A DNA stretch of 64,000 nucleotides, taken from IMG/VR virus record IMGVR_UViG_3300025133_000040, positions 32,001 through 96,000 of that record; one strand, given 5' to 3'. Every line of letters begins with the position of its first letter. The stretch's first letter is position 1. A model generated the notes under the pieces. It made no database searches. It saw only the letters and a list, made by a program, of their open reading frames with translations, and had not been told where the DNA came from. Origin of the DNA: a virus. The translations under genes and the position numbers were made by a program. Below are positions 1 to 10,309 of the stretch, piece by piece.

Positions 1-397
1 CAAACTCTTCGGCAATCTTAGTGAAGGTATGGTTCTGCAACCTTCTTTCTACGACGAACCTCTCCTTGTGTGTGAGGTTTTCAGGTATAACTTCTTCTAC
101 ATTTTCCTTGGTTGTAAAAGATTCGTCACCTGATAGACCCTGGTTGCGTTCACTGTATCGCTTCTCTTTGTTTATATGGCGCATGATTTCGCCTGAGATA
201 TAGTACCAAGAGTAGGTACTGAGAGCGCTGCCTTTGCTAGGGTCGTACTTGCGTATGGCTTTTAACAAACCAATCCTCCCAAGCTGGATGTAGTCATCCA
301 ACTCAAGAGGATTTCGTGGTCTGAAAGATTTCGCAATGTGTATCACCAAACCAATGTTGTCATTGATAAGGGAATTTTCTATATCACACTGGCCCAC
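1..397 (-). CDS. RNA polymerase sigma-70 family factor (partial, runs off window start; absent from ORF track)
   Basis: Manual translation from GTG at 397: ..NDNIGLVIHIAKSF..DDYIQLGRIGLLKAIRKYDPSKGSALSTYSWYYISGEI (region 2) and LTHKERFVVERRLQNHTFTKIAEEF (region 4). Confidence 0.9.
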   Translation of the reverse strand, partial: MGQCDIENSLINDNIGLVIHIAKSFRPRNPLELDDYIQLGRIGLLKAIRKYDPSKGSALSTYSWYYISGEIMRHINKEKRYSERNQGLSGDESFTTKENVEEVIPENLTHKERFVVERRLQNHTFTKIAEEF

Positions 398-807
398 TAA
401 AAGGGAATTTTCTTCTCGTTGCCAGCACTGGCAGTTTCAGTGGTTTCGGAGTGCTCAGAGCTACCTCCGTCGTCAAGGTTTCGCTTCCTAATGGTGGTAG
501 GCTTAATGCGATTAGCCTTGATGAACACGTCAGTTCGCTTCTGCTCGTGCTTGTCTGTCCAGTCCTTGCTATCAAGTTGGCCTTCCACGAGGACAAGCTC
601 ACCCTTTTCTAGCGCCGCCACCTTTTCGGCTGAATAACCCCAGGCTGTGACACGAGCCCAAATTGTTTTGTCTACCCAGTCTCCGGTTTTCTTGTCCTTA
701 TAGCCATCGTTGATAGCCACGGAAAAGTTTGCAACCTTTGAGCTGCCAGCGTCACGAAGTTCAGGTTGGGCTCCAAGACGACCCCATACAGTTACGATAT
801 TGCACAT
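397..807 (-). CDS. ssb: single-stranded DNA-binding protein
   Basis: OB-fold motifs GRLGAQPELR, VANFSVAIN, VEGQL; C-terminal IPF tail. Confidence 0.95.
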   Translation of the reverse strand: MCNIVTVWGRLGAQPELRDAGSSKVANFSVAINDGYKDKKTGDWVDKTIWARVTAWGYSAEKVAALEKGELVLVEGQLDSKDWTDKHEQKRTDVFIKANRIKPTTIRKRNLDDGGSSEHSETTETASAGNEKKIPF

Positions 808-870
808 ATTCTAGTGCTCCCATAAAAAAAATAATTACCAGGACGTTGTTGTCCTTGGTCTGATATATTA

Positions 871-899
871 AGTGTAGACACGACCATGGTCTTTGTCAA
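871..899 (-). promoter_or_regulatory. sigma70-type promoter upstream of ssb
   Basis: TTGACA-N17-TACACT on minus strand. Confidence 0.6.
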
Positions 900-2585
900 C
901 TATAGCTGCTTAATTTTTTCCACAATAATCCCGCCACGGTCACTTTTCTTACCGCTAATCAGGATGGTGTTGTCCTCAAAGAGGTAGCCGTTGAGTTCTT
1001 CCCAGCTATCAGGGAACACAACTACGTTCTCCATGGTGCCGCTGAGGTCAGAAACCTCTAGGAACGCCATGCTAGAGCCAGGATTCTTACCGTTCTTTGT
1101 CTTAACCTGTTTAACCCTGTCGATTTGACAGGAGATAATGATAGGTGTTCGTCTGAACCCATGGTTAAACTCTCTAATATTACAGTTGGCGTTGCCAATG
1201 TCTACCCCGTCCACAGCAGATGCCGTCAGAGCCACCCCTAGGAGCCTACGTTCCTCTTGGTTAATCCACTGAGGAGTGTCCCCAAGGTCGTGAGGAGGGC
1301 TCACAACAGCCTGTAGAAAGCCTCTCACTTTGTGAAGGCGAGGTTTAGTATGGCACACAGCATCTTTTCCTGAGCCTAAAGATATGATTAATTCTAACAC
1401 ATGCTCAAGACTCTCAACCTCATGCCTCGTTCTGACTGCCGCACTACCCTCGTAGTCCTTCAGAAGAAGTAGTCGTTCCACTTTGGGCTTCTCTGTTTTG
1501 CTTACCTTGCTGTAGATAAGGTATTCATACTCCATTCTACTGCGAGATACCTTCATGTAGTCCAAGGCACCCGATTTAATCATAGCTATGACCGCCGTCT
1601 TGGTAACCCTCTGAGACAGGAAGACAAGGAACTCTACCCATGTCCACTCACCCCTTCCTTTTCCTAGCATCTTCTCAATATGGCAGGTTTTGTCTACTAC
1701 CTTATCAAATACGGAGCCACCAATTCCCTTAATGTCTACAAATCCAAAGTAAATCTTCTGATTAATTATACGGAAGTGGTCGTTTAGGTTTCGGAAGTCT
1801 GGAGCATATACGTCAACATCGTGATTACGTGCGTCATTGACTAGCTCACGAATTTCATCTTGGGGCTTTTGCTTTTCCTTGGCGTAAAACAAGTAGGAAG
1901 TGTAGAAAACCTTAGGGAAGTGAGCCTTAGCATACGCAGCTAGATAGCCGTTCACAGCATAACACACAGCGTGAGACAGGTTGAAAGAGTACCGTTGGGA
2001 CTTTTCAATCCATCCAAAAATTTGCTCAGCCTCTTCCTCTGTGACAATACCCACACTCCTACAGCCCTCCATAAACTCAAACTTGACCTTCTGCATGACC
2101 TCGACTTTTTTCTTGCCGATAGCCTTACGAAGTACGTCTGCCTGTTGAAGGTTGAATCCCGCAATATCCTTTGCTATTTGCATAGCGTTCTCTTGGTAAA
2201 TCATCTGACCAAAAGTAGAACTAAGAGCGGCCTCAAGAGCTGGATGGTAGTAGCTTATCTCTTCCTTGCCATTTTTACGGTCGATATAGTGATTGGTAAT
2301 AGACTTATCATCAATCATAGCCTCAGAACACCCAGGACGGATGATGGCAGACAATGCCGCAAGCTGTTCGATATTCTCAGGTTTAAGCTTAGAGGCGAGA
2401 GACTGACCCAGCCTACTCTCTAGTTGGAATACGCCTTTTGTTTTTCCTGATGAAATTAAATCCCATGTTCTAGTGCAGTCCAAAGGGACCACGTCTAGAC
2501 TAGGATTAAATCTTAGCTTAGGGCGACCATTAACTTCACCGCTTGTCTCAAAGCAGCAGCCGCATCCTGGGTAAGTATAGGTCAT
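900..2585 (-). CDS. dnaE: DNA polymerase III alpha subunit, C-terminal half (fingers, HhH, OB)
   Basis: GVFQLES, IIRPG, LRKAIGKK, YSFNLSHAVCY, IKGIG, MAFLEVSDLSG motifs. Confidence 0.95.
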   Translation of the reverse strand: MTYTYPGCGCCFETSGEVNGRPKLRFNPSLDVVPLDCTRTWDLISSGKTKGVFQLESRLGQSLASKLKPENIEQLAALSAIIRPGCSEAMIDDKSITNHYIDRKNGKEEISYYHPALEAALSSTFGQMIYQENAMQIAKDIAGFNLQQADVLRKAIGKKKVEVMQKVKFEFMEGCRSVGIVTEEEAEQIFGWIEKSQRYSFNLSHAVCYAVNGYLAAYAKAHFPKVFYTSYLFYAKEKQKPQDEIRELVNDARNHDVDVYAPDFRNLNDHFRIINQKIYFGFVDIKGIGGSVFDKVVDKTCHIEKMLGKGRGEWTWVEFLVFLSQRVTKTAVIAMIKSGALDYMKVSRSRMEYEYLIYSKVSKTEKPKVERLLLLKDYEGSAAVRTRHEVESLEHVLELIISLGSGKDAVCHTKPRLHKVRGFLQAVVSPPHDLGDTPQWINQEERRLLGVALTASAVDGVDIGNANCNIREFNHGFRRTPIIISCQIDRVKQVKTKNGKNPGSSMAFLEVSDLSGTMENVVVFPDSWEELNGYLFEDNTILISGKKSDRGGIIVEKIKQL

Positions 2586-3284
2586 TTATTTTTTCTTACT
2601 CTTCTTTAGGGCCTCGTGATATTCTTTAAACTTATCAACACGCGAAGCGCAATGGCGACTTAGCGTTAAGAAACGAATAATCAACTCGGCACAGTCCTGA
2701 ACATCCTTTAGGGCGTCGTGAGCGTTGGTAGCATCAATCTGAAAAAACTCACGCAACGTATCCACCTTGTAGTTAGCAGGCCCATAAGACAGCCCTTCAA
2801 ACCAGTGGTACGCCATACGTTGAACGTCAGCCATGTCACAGTCACGAGGAAAGAACATGGTTTTGATATTGTATTTGTCATTTAGCTTATTGGCAATAGG
2901 AATGTCGAAGCCACCAATGTTGGCTCCACCAGGAACAGGGGCGGTCCACATAGTGCCACCTGGATTAAACCTATTAACAAAATTAGAGAAGAGGCTCCAC
3001 GTCACGTCTTGTGAGGGAGCCTCTCTCCATGAGGTAATGATAGCATCCGTAGTTGTCTTTTGAATCCTTGCGTGCCAGCCGATAGTCTCAAGACGCTCGT
3101 CCGTTAGGTAGTCATCAATCTTGTCAATTCCAGGCGGCTTCATCATTGTGTTAAATTCCGAACCAGGGATAACCTCTAGCTTAATCGGGTCGATAACACA
3201 TGCAGCCACTTGTACCGGGTTGCAAGTCTCTGGCTTAGGACCATCGGTTTCAAAGTCAAATACGAAATACTTTCTTTTGTTCAT
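2586..3284 (-). CDS. DEDDh 3'-5' exonuclease (DnaQ/epsilon-like)
   Basis: VFDFETDG, FDIP, HDALKDV motifs. Confidence 0.9.
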   Translation of the reverse strand: MNKRKYFVFDFETDGPKPETCNPVQVAACVIDPIKLEVIPGSEFNTMMKPPGIDKIDDYLTDERLETIGWHARIQKTTTDAIITSWREAPSQDVTWSLFSNFVNRFNPGGTMWTAPVPGGANIGGFDIPIANKLNDKYNIKTMFFPRDCDMADVQRMAYHWFEGLSYGPANYKVDTLREFFQIDATNAHDALKDVQDCAELIIRFLTLSRHCASRVDKFKEYHEALKKSKKK

Positions 3285-3670
3285 TTTTTATCCTGTATTG
3301 AGTCGTAGTCAAAATCCTCTTCATCGTCTTCGTCTTCTTCAAGTGTAGGGTCTTCTACCTCTCTTGTCAAGGGGAAACCAAACAATTCTTCTACATCGTT
3401 GGTTGAATTCATCTGCTTGATAATATCTTCTGGGAATATGTCGCTGTCTACGGTCGGTTCGACACCCTTTGAGAGCGTAGTCTCAACCACGTCTATACCC
3501 TCAATCAGTTCTACCTTGGTCTTAGCTCCGAACAAGGCGTTGCCAGAGTGGCTAGTAGCATTGTACTCAGGGCAGCAACCTGCCGTCTTCCAGTAAGTCT
3601 TAACTCGTTGATATTCAATGTCATGTATTCTGAAAAATCCGTTCATTGGAACTTCTTTAAACATTAGCAT
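3281..3670 (-). CDS. hypothetical protein with acidic tail
   Basis: ORF between the dnaE halves; start trimmed to the ATG overlapping the end of dnaE-N. Confidence 0.6.
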   Translation of the reverse strand: MLMFKEVPMNGFFRIHDIEYQRVKTYWKTAGCCPEYNATSHSGNALFGAKTKVELIEGIDVVETTLSKGVEPTVDSDIFPEDIIKQMNSTNDVEELFGFPLTREVEDPTLEEDEDDEEDFDYDSIQDKK

Positions 3671-5561
3671 AGTCATAATCAGTAGTCTCTCTTTCTTTTT
3701 TGGTGTTTTGGAGAATGTCTCCAAACTCTAAAATTTCTTGTATGCCCATAATCTTGTCCAACAAGGCGATGCCTAGAATGTCTAGCTTGACCATGCCTAA
3801 GGCTTCCAGGTCATTCATTTCCATTCCGGCTACGAGCATCTTCTTTTTAGTATCATACACCATAGGGCAGTACTCTTCAAGCGGTTCTGGTGAGATAATA
3901 ACACCAGCAGCGTGCTTAGACTGGATGATTTTCGTCCCTTCCAACCGCATAGCTTGCTCAAAACGAGGCCCTAACTCGCCTGTCACGTTGCCGTTTTCAT
4001 CAATGCCGACTCCCCACTCAGCAAAATCCGCTGGTTTTTCCTCTAAGGCGAAGCGAATTAAGGAAGAATCGCCAGTTTCCTCCTTCATTTCCTGAAGTTC
4101 GCCCGCTACTTTGGCGGGGTCTGGAATTAATTTAGTGATACGATTAATGTCGTCGTTACTTAGGTCTGCATATGCCTTGAACACATCCTTTACCGCAGCA
4201 CGACCTTGCATTGTCTGGTAGGTAATCATTTGGCTAACCTTGTCGTCGCCGTACCTGTCCTTAATGTGCTGAATTACTTCCTCTCGCTTAGCAACGGGAA
4301 CGTCCATATCAATATCAGGTAGGGAGATATTATCCTCTGTATTTCTACCCTCGTTGTAGAACCTTTCAATCAGCAAACCATAAGGAATCGGGTCTACCTG
4401 TGTGATGCCAATGAGGTAAGAGATAAGACAGCCTGCGGCTGACCCACGTCCAGGTCCAGCCAACCAACCCTTATCCCTAACGAAGTTAACAATGTCTTGA
4501 CAGATTAGGAAGTACCCAGATAGGTCTGCCCCCTCAAAAATGTCAAGCTCTTTCTTAACTCGGTCGGCGTACTCTTGGTGCTTGTGTTCTGGAACCTTGC
4601 CTGCGATTAGTTTGGCCCAGCCCTCACGACATAATTGCCGTAGATACAGGTTGCTATCCATGCCGTTGGGGCAAGGAAAAGGAGGCAGGATGGGCTTCCT
4701 AGTAATTTTGAAGTCCTCAATCTTAGCATCAAGCTCCAGAGTGTTTGCCAGTTCTTCCTCAGTGTGTCCGTACTCTATCATTTCCTCGTACGAGGGGATG
4801 TGAAAGCGGTCTGAGTTGAAGAAGCAGTTAAGTTGAAACTCAGGCTTCTTGCCGTTGCGTAGGTTGGTCCCCATACCACGACACAGAAGGATGTTCTGGT
4901 CGGGTGCTTGGTCCTGAGTCGCATAGTGAGCATCGGGCGTTGCTATCACAGGGATTCCTGTTCTGCGCCCCACCTCGCGTACCATCTCAGTCACCTTACG
5001 TTGTAGTGGCTCATAGTCCGCTAAATACAACTGTGTTTCAAGGTAGAAGTTTCCCTTGCCGAACGCCTCTTGCATTTCCAGAGCTAGTCTAACACCAGCA
5101 TCCATGCCTGAGCTAATCAGCATGTTGGCTAGGCATGAGCCTAGGTGCCCACTAAAGCCTATGATGTTACCATCTAGGTATTCTTTTAACTGTTCAAACG
5201 ACAGGCGAGGGCGACGGTAGAAGTGGTCGGGGTGGTTAGATGCTGAGGTAATCTTAATCAGCTTCATCCAGCCCTTGTAGTTCTTACACAGAACAGGGAG
5301 GTGGGACATTTTAGAGTTCTCTGGTTTCTTGACAGAGGCATCTAGCTTAGAAATGTAAAGCTCGCAACCCAGAATAGGCTTCTTACCTGCGTCCCTCATA
5401 GCTTTAGAGAATTGTACCACACCGCTCACAGAACCATGGTCTGTTAGGGCACAGCTACCCGCATCAATAGCCTCAATACGTGCCGCCATCTGCTCAGGCT
5501 GAGCTAGGCCATCCAGAAGAGAGAAATGTGAGTGGCAATGGAGGGGGGTGTACTTTTTCAT
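3657..5561 (-). CDS. dnaE: DNA polymerase III alpha subunit, N-terminal half (PHP, palm, thumb)
   Basis: LHCHSHFSLLDG, LTDHG, GPGRGSAAG, PDIDMD, HAAG, KLDILG. Confidence 0.95.
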   Translation of the reverse strand: MKKYTPLHCHSHFSLLDGLAQPEQMAARIEAIDAGSCALTDHGSVSGVVQFSKAMRDAGKKPILGCELYISKLDASVKKPENSKMSHLPVLCKNYKGWMKLIKITSASNHPDHFYRRPRLSFEQLKEYLDGNIIGFSGHLGSCLANMLISSGMDAGVRLALEMQEAFGKGNFYLETQLYLADYEPLQRKVTEMVREVGRRTGIPVIATPDAHYATQDQAPDQNILLCRGMGTNLRNGKKPEFQLNCFFNSDRFHIPSYEEMIEYGHTEEELANTLELDAKIEDFKITRKPILPPFPCPNGMDSNLYLRQLCREGWAKLIAGKVPEHKHQEYADRVKKELDIFEGADLSGYFLICQDIVNFVRDKGWLAGPGRGSAAGCLISYLIGITQVDPIPYGLLIERFYNEGRNTEDNISLPDIDMDVPVAKREEVIQHIKDRYGDDKVSQMITYQTMQGRAAVKDVFKAYADLSNDDINRITKLIPDPAKVAGELQEMKEETGDSSLIRFALEEKPADFAEWGVGIDENGNVTGELGPRFEQAMRLEGTKIIQSKHAAGVIISPEPLEEYCPMVYDTKKKMLVAGMEMNDLEALGMVKLDILGIALLDKIMGIQEILEFGDILQNTKKERETTDYDYANV

Positions 5562-6217
5562 ACGTAGGTATCGCTCTTTCTAATGTTGTCGGCAGCCCAC
5601 AGGGGTTGCAGGTTTGTATAGTGAAAGCATTGCCTCTGTTGTTCGGGGTCTGTAAGGTCGAACGACGCGCATGGCCGTATGTGGTCGATGTGCCAATCGC
5701 CGTGATTGCTCCAAGACATACCTTCTGTAAATCTTTCTGCTAGGTAGTCTTTAGCGAAAGATATAGAGCATCCGACCAACGCAACTACAGACTCACTCTT
5801 GTATTCTTTTTTAATGCGCCCCGTGAAGGAGCTTCGCAGTATGGCGGTCAGTCTATATTCGGGGTCGTTTTTATACCTATCTCTCTGTAGTTTTCTTCTT
5901 CGTTTTTTATACTTGCTTGTCTGTTTGTATGCCTTGTGGGATGCGAGGTTGTCACTATACCACTTCCTGCTTTTGTCTTTTAATCTTTCTTTGTTCTCGG
6001 CGTAATATCTTCTATTCCTCTCTTTAATTTTTTCTATGTTCTTCTCTCTGTATATTTTACCTTGCTTGTGTATTTTTTTCCTGTTCTTATCCTTATATAT
6101 CTTACTAGATATGGCCACACAAGACCTACATACGTAGTAAAGCCCATCTTTATTAGCTGATTGTTTGCAAAATTCCCTAAGCTCTTTCTCAAGCTTACAC
6201 TTGGTGCAAGTTTTCAT
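5558..6217 (-). CDS. HNH homing-endonuclease-like protein
   Basis: N-terminal CxxC, basic repeats, WHIDHIRPC...HYTNLQPLWAADN. Confidence 0.85.
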   Translation of the reverse strand: MKTCTKCKLEKELREFCKQSANKDGLYYVCRSCVAISSKIYKDKNRKKIHKQGKIYREKNIEKIKERNRRYYAENKERLKDKSRKWYSDNLASHKAYKQTSKYKKRRRKLQRDRYKNDPEYRLTAILRSSFTGRIKKEYKSESVVALVGCSISFAKDYLAERFTEGMSWSNHGDWHIDHIRPCASFDLTDPEQQRQCFHYTNLQPLWAADNIRKSDTYV

Positions 6218-6426
6218 ATTTTAATATCCAAGTTAACATCGTCAACAGAAAAATAGTACGGACCTGGACCATTTTTACCAAGCTGCATTACTGGACCGCT
6301 ATATACAGTTATGCCGGTAGGATACATACCAGACTTTAGGTAAAATTCATCAATCTCTTTTTGAATAGCTATACGAATGTTCCTTTCGTATTCTCTCGTT
6401 AGGTTTGATAATTTTGATATGTCCAT
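6214..6426 (-). CDS. hypothetical protein
   Basis: ORF translationally coupled to neighbours. Confidence 0.6.
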   Translation of the reverse strand: MDISKLSNLTREYERNIRIAIQKEIDEFYLKSGMYPTGITVYSGPVMQLGKNGPGPYYFSVDDVNLDIKI

Positions 6427-6953
6427 TATTTCATCTTCCTTAGTTCTTCTAGCGTTCCTTGAAATATCACAATGCCATTTATGAGGCCGTTTTCCAGCAT
6501 CGCTTCAAACGGATTCTTCTCTAACTTGGCGACGGGGGGCTTCATTAGCTCTTGCCTATGTTCTTTAGCAAGGAACTCCCTCTCAATAATCTCTACATCC
6601 TCTTGTGTCCACGACTCAGATACTATCTTACATCTTATATCTCTAATATGTTTACCGTCCATCCACATTACTCGGTAGCGATATACGTCGGAACCTAAGA
6701 CCCTTATAGGTATCTGGTTTTTACTCTTTATCAGTCTCCATGCTATCACATGGTACATACGTTTTTCCCACCGCTTGCTTTCTTTATAGAAAATCATCTG
6801 GTCGAAGACAAGTCGGCCCTCGTCGTCATAGAAATGATTAATCTCAATCTTATCAACCACCTCTTGTAGTATTGTACCATGAAGGGGGCTGGGGTCAAGA
6901 GCAAATGAAACATTTGCCCACAAAAGAATCGCTAAGAAGAAGAACGCTCGCAT
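6426..6953 (-). CDS. hypothetical protein with N-terminal signal peptide
   Basis: hydrophobic N-terminus ending VSFA. Confidence 0.65.
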   Translation of the reverse strand: MRAFFFLAILLWANVSFALDPSPLHGTILQEVVDKIEINHFYDDEGRLVFDQMIFYKESKRWEKRMYHVIAWRLIKSKNQIPIRVLGSDVYRYRVMWMDGKHIRDIRCKIVSESWTQEDVEIIEREFLAKEHRQELMKPPVAKLEKNPFEAMLENGLINGIVIFQGTLEELRKMK

Positions 6954-7226
6954 TTAGAGCCCCCATTGGTCTTCCAAATCCTCCGCTTCGGCCTGTCTAC
7001 GCAACAGGTCATAAAACTGTGCCGCTGCTTTACAGTAGCCATCCTTGTAGTCGTCGGTCTTTAGGTTGTCTACGTCGAGGATAACATACTGAAGGCACTC
7101 CCACAGCATAGGTTGCTCCTCTTTAATTTGTAGATACCTTTCAACTTGCCAGTCCACACCGCCGTGGCTCATTGAGTTGAGGGCGCTTTCAAGGGTTTCA
7201 AATGTGACTTCCGGTAGATATGTCAT
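6954..7226 (-). CDS. hypothetical protein
   Basis: tightly packed ORF. Confidence 0.6.
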   Translation of the reverse strand: MTYLPEVTFETLESALNSMSHGGVDWQVERYLQIKEEQPMLWECLQYVILDVDNLKTDDYKDGYCKAAAQFYDLLRRQAEAEDLEDQWGL

Positions 7227-7228
7227 GC

Positions 7229-8290
7229 TTACTCCGTTGAGCCAGGGGCTTTGTACTTGGTGAAGTCATGCCCCTCACGAGTCATGTGCTTCATAATCGT
7301 GTCTACGTCACGATGTTTAAAGGTTAGTTCAAGCTGCTCACACTGTGTCATGCACTCACCATTGTTTTTATGGATAGGAGTTACAGTAGTATCCTCAAAA
7401 GTCTCTTTAGCAAACTGACAAAAGCGACAAGGGCGAAGCCAGGGCTTAACAGACCTGTCGTGCTTGACTAGGCCAGGACGTTCCATTGTTTGCATTTCAA
7501 GAATCTGCTTACGCAGTCTCTCTAGTGTGTCAGCAATGTCCTTGCGCTCAAAGAACAAAGACACAGCCTTTTCCTTGTCGTTCACATAGAAGATAGTGAC
7601 CGTCAGGGTTTCCAAGTCTGGGAACAGCTTGTATGCGGCATACTGATAGAGCCTAAGCTGAATGTCAACCATTAGGTCGGAGTACTCTTTGCGCTGACCA
7701 GTACCCCAGTCCTTTCGCTGGCCGGTTTTCCAGTCAACAATCTCGTAGTGACCAGGGCCAACCTCTGTAATGAGGTCAATGGTGCCCCTGGCAAATACGG
7801 TTCCCTTCATAATATCTCCGCACACTTCGTACTCGTAGTCTGCCCACTCACTAGGAAGTGGAAATTCAAACTGAGCCTCTGGTTGCACGATTTTAAGCTT
7901 GCGAGGGTCGTATAAGCCGTCCTTGTAATCTAGGAACGCCCATGTCCAGGTGTGGCAGTCAATACGGTCAGCATCTTGCCAGTTGTGGTGGTCAAAAGCT
8001 TTTGTGTAGTAGTCGTACACCTTGTCAACCAAGTCGTCAACGTCAATCTTATAAACGTCTGCCGTTACCTCACCAAGAAATTCGTCATCAAAATAAGTAT
8101 CTTCGCCGTTTTGCTGTGCAAGCTTAGCACACGCTAGAATTTCAAGGGCCTTGTGACAAATGGTTCCCTTGTCGGCTTTCATATTTGAGGGGCCTTCCCA
8201 GCCCAGTACGTATTCACCTACCATTTTTAGCTCGCACATCTTTTTGCCCGAAAGCATAGATGAGCGGATATAAGTTACGGGTAAGCCCAT
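7229..8290 (-). CDS. PD-(D/E)XK exonuclease (Cas4/RecB-like)
   Basis: GTICHKALE, RGTIDL, IVDWKTG, QLRLY, N- and C-terminal cysteines (CRFC). Confidence 0.85.
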   Translation of the reverse strand: MGLPVTYIRSSMLSGKKMCELKMVGEYVLGWEGPSNMKADKGTICHKALEILACAKLAQQNGEDTYFDDEFLGEVTADVYKIDVDDLVDKVYDYYTKAFDHHNWQDADRIDCHTWTWAFLDYKDGLYDPRKLKIVQPEAQFEFPLPSEWADYEYEVCGDIMKGTVFARGTIDLITEVGPGHYEIVDWKTGQRKDWGTGQRKEYSDLMVDIQLRLYQYAAYKLFPDLETLTVTIFYVNDKEKAVSLFFERKDIADTLERLRKQILEMQTMERPGLVKHDRSVKPWLRPCRFCQFAKETFEDTTVTPIHKNNGECMTQCEQLELTFKHRDVDTIMKHMTREGHDFTKYKAPGSTE

Positions 8291-8298
8291 TTAGGTCT

Positions 8299-9141
8299 CT
8301 ATTCTGTTAAGTTTTCAGGAGCATCAATCCAGCCAGCCTCGACAAGAGCCTCACCAACTGCGTTCATTTGTTCTAGTAGATTCATCTTATGGTTGTCAAT
8401 CACCCAGTCGAACTTCGACCAGTCAAACTCGTCCTTGTCTAATGCCGTCTCACTAGGGTGCTGGTCCTGCCCCTCGTAAATATCTCGGGTCAGTCGCATT
8501 ACCTTGCCCCCTGCCTTCTGGATTGCCTCAACCTCATTAGGGAAGCGACAGTCAGTAATCAGGGCTACGAGTGGTTGCTCGATTTCAATGCGTCGGATAG
8601 TGGCGTCGGCCCATACGTTATGGTACATCTTACGGAACACCTCAGTACCCACGTACTGCATGACTTCACGAGCGGTCATGGTTCCCGGCGCATGATAAGT
8701 CATCCCTAAACTATCTAGGGTTTTCTTTCCATCAATTGTGTTCCACACGTCTGCTGTGGCAACCCCAGGCATGTCCTCCCACTTTAGGTGCGTAGCACTG
8801 TTCTTCTGCTCGTCAGTACCATAGCACTGTTCACGAGTTAGGCCAAGCACGTTCACGCACACGTCTTGCTTTAGCGTGTCTGCAAAAGAGTAGCACTTGA
8901 TATAGGGGTCTAGATAGTGGGCCTTGAAGTTGTACATCGCATCGTCAACACGCTCCAAGTCGAGAATACCTGCGCTGTCTTCTTGTCCTAGGAGGTCTGT
9001 AATTTGAATCTTACCCTCTGGGGTAACGGCTACAGAACCCTTCACTATTTGTAGTGCTCTTAGCTCCCTGGCTATCAACTGATTAGCTGCTGAGTTTTTT
9101 CCAGCTTGCTTCTTACCGCTGAATCCTAGAATTTTAGTCAT
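8299..9141 (-). CDS. deoxynucleoside monophosphate kinase
   Basis: GKKQAGKN P-loop, SFADTLK, REVMQYVGTE, ITDCRFPNE, HPSE. Confidence 0.9.
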   Translation of the reverse strand: MTKILGFSGKKQAGKNSAANQLIARELRALQIVKGSVAVTPEGKIQITDLLGQEDSAGILDLERVDDAMYNFKAHYLDPYIKCYSFADTLKQDVCVNVLGLTREQCYGTDEQKNSATHLKWEDMPGVATADVWNTIDGKKTLDSLGMTYHAPGTMTAREVMQYVGTEVFRKMYHNVWADATIRRIEIEQPLVALITDCRFPNEVEAIQKAGGKVMRLTRDIYEGQDQHPSETALDKDEFDWSKFDWVIDNHKMNLLEQMNAVGEALVEAGWIDAPENLTE

Positions 9142-10309
9142 ACAAGTACGCTCCGTAAATATCTAATTGACTTAAGTATGGGTCAACGAACGCTCTTAGG
9201 TCTGGTGCTGATAGCTTACCTATGTCGTTGCCGTCTGGGGTTGCACCTATTATATTATATATATTACCACATTTGGTCTTCACATCTTCAATGAGAGTTC
9301 TACCGCCCTCATCATTGTCACCTATTACAAGTATACATAGAGCGCCGCTCTTGTCAAGTAATATTTTCTGCCCATCTTTGAGAGAGCTTCCGAAAACGGC
9401 TACGGAATTATGCACCCCAGCCTCTTCTAGCCTCCAGACATTGCCAGGGCTCTCCACGACGACGACAAGGCCGCTCTTTTTAATATGTCTCTTAGCGTAC
9501 CAAAGGTTGTAGAGGTGGTTGTCAGTCTTTAGCGTTTCACTATGCTTCCACTTGGGGTATCTCTTACACTCTCCAGAGGGGTTGTGATAGCCTTTACACT
9601 TCTCACACTCTGGATTAGTGCTACGACCACTACATCCCACCATGTAGCTATGCCACTCGTCGTAAACAGGTACTACCGTACGAGTATAGAATGGCTTTGT
9701 GGGGTCCGCACAGTAGCCAACGTCGTACTTTTCTAAGACTTCCTCACTATAAGGAGGGTCTAGGTTTAGATAGTAGGGAGACGGGATTCTAATGCCACTA
9801 TTTCGCACTTCTTCCCTACTAGGACCAGAGTCAACAACCTCGCTTTGCCGTTTCTTAGTTGCCAACCTAGAAATAAACCGTCGTCTTTCTTCTTGCTCGT
9901 CGCTAGTGTCAATATCATAGTTCTTTTTATTGACAAAGGCAGAGCACCACTCAACAGCCTCTCCAAACGACACTGTATCGTCACCCTTAGTCTCCCAATT
10001 GTATTCACAATGAGAAAGAACCCCCCGAATAAACCCTATAGGGCTATTGCAGAATACCTCTTGGCATTGTCTGGTATTACACAGCCAGTTTCCACGGTTT
10101 GAGTGACCGTCGTGAAAAACATTTAATGCGCTACCATTGTCACCGCCGTGAACAGGGCAGCAACCCACATACATCCTGTTTGTGCGGTACAAATCCAGGT
10201 TAAAGTACTGAACGACACGCTCAAAGTTATCAATAATATCATAGCCCAAGGCCAACAGCTTGGCTTGTGGCCATTTATTGGAATGGTATTCTTCCTTCGT
10301 CCTCGTCAT
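9134..10309 (-). CDS. DNA primase
   Basis: CPVH zinc finger, GCSGR, Toprim VVES...GDNDEGG. Confidence 0.9.
   Translation of the reverse strand: MTRTKEEYHSNKWPQAKLLALGYDIIDNFERVVQYFNLDLYRTNRMYVGCCPVHGGDNGSALNVFHDGHSNRGNWLCNTRQCQEVFCNSPIGFIRGVLSHCEYNWETKGDDTVSFGEAVEWCSAFVNKKNYDIDTSDEQEERRRFISRLATKKRQSEVVDSGPSREEVRNSGIRIPSPYYLNLDPPYSEEVLEKYDVGYCADPTKPFYTRTVVPVYDEWHSYMVGCSGRSTNPECEKCKGYHNPSGECKRYPKWKHSETLKTDNHLYNLWYAKRHIKKSGLVVVVESPGNVWRLEEAGVHNSVAVFGSSLKDGQKILLDKSGALCILVIGDNDEGGRTLIEDVKTKCGNIYNIIGATPDGNDIGKLSAPDLRAFVDPYLSQLDIYGAYLYD

Noticed and set aside
2500-3760. Split intein or intron joining the dnaE halves
   Set aside because: No intein blocks at either junction, and the intervening DNA is filled by two ordinary ORFs.
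7229-8290. CRISPR-Cas system suggested by the Cas4-like nuclease
   Set aside because: No repeat-spacer array or other cas gene seen; the context is replication and recombination.
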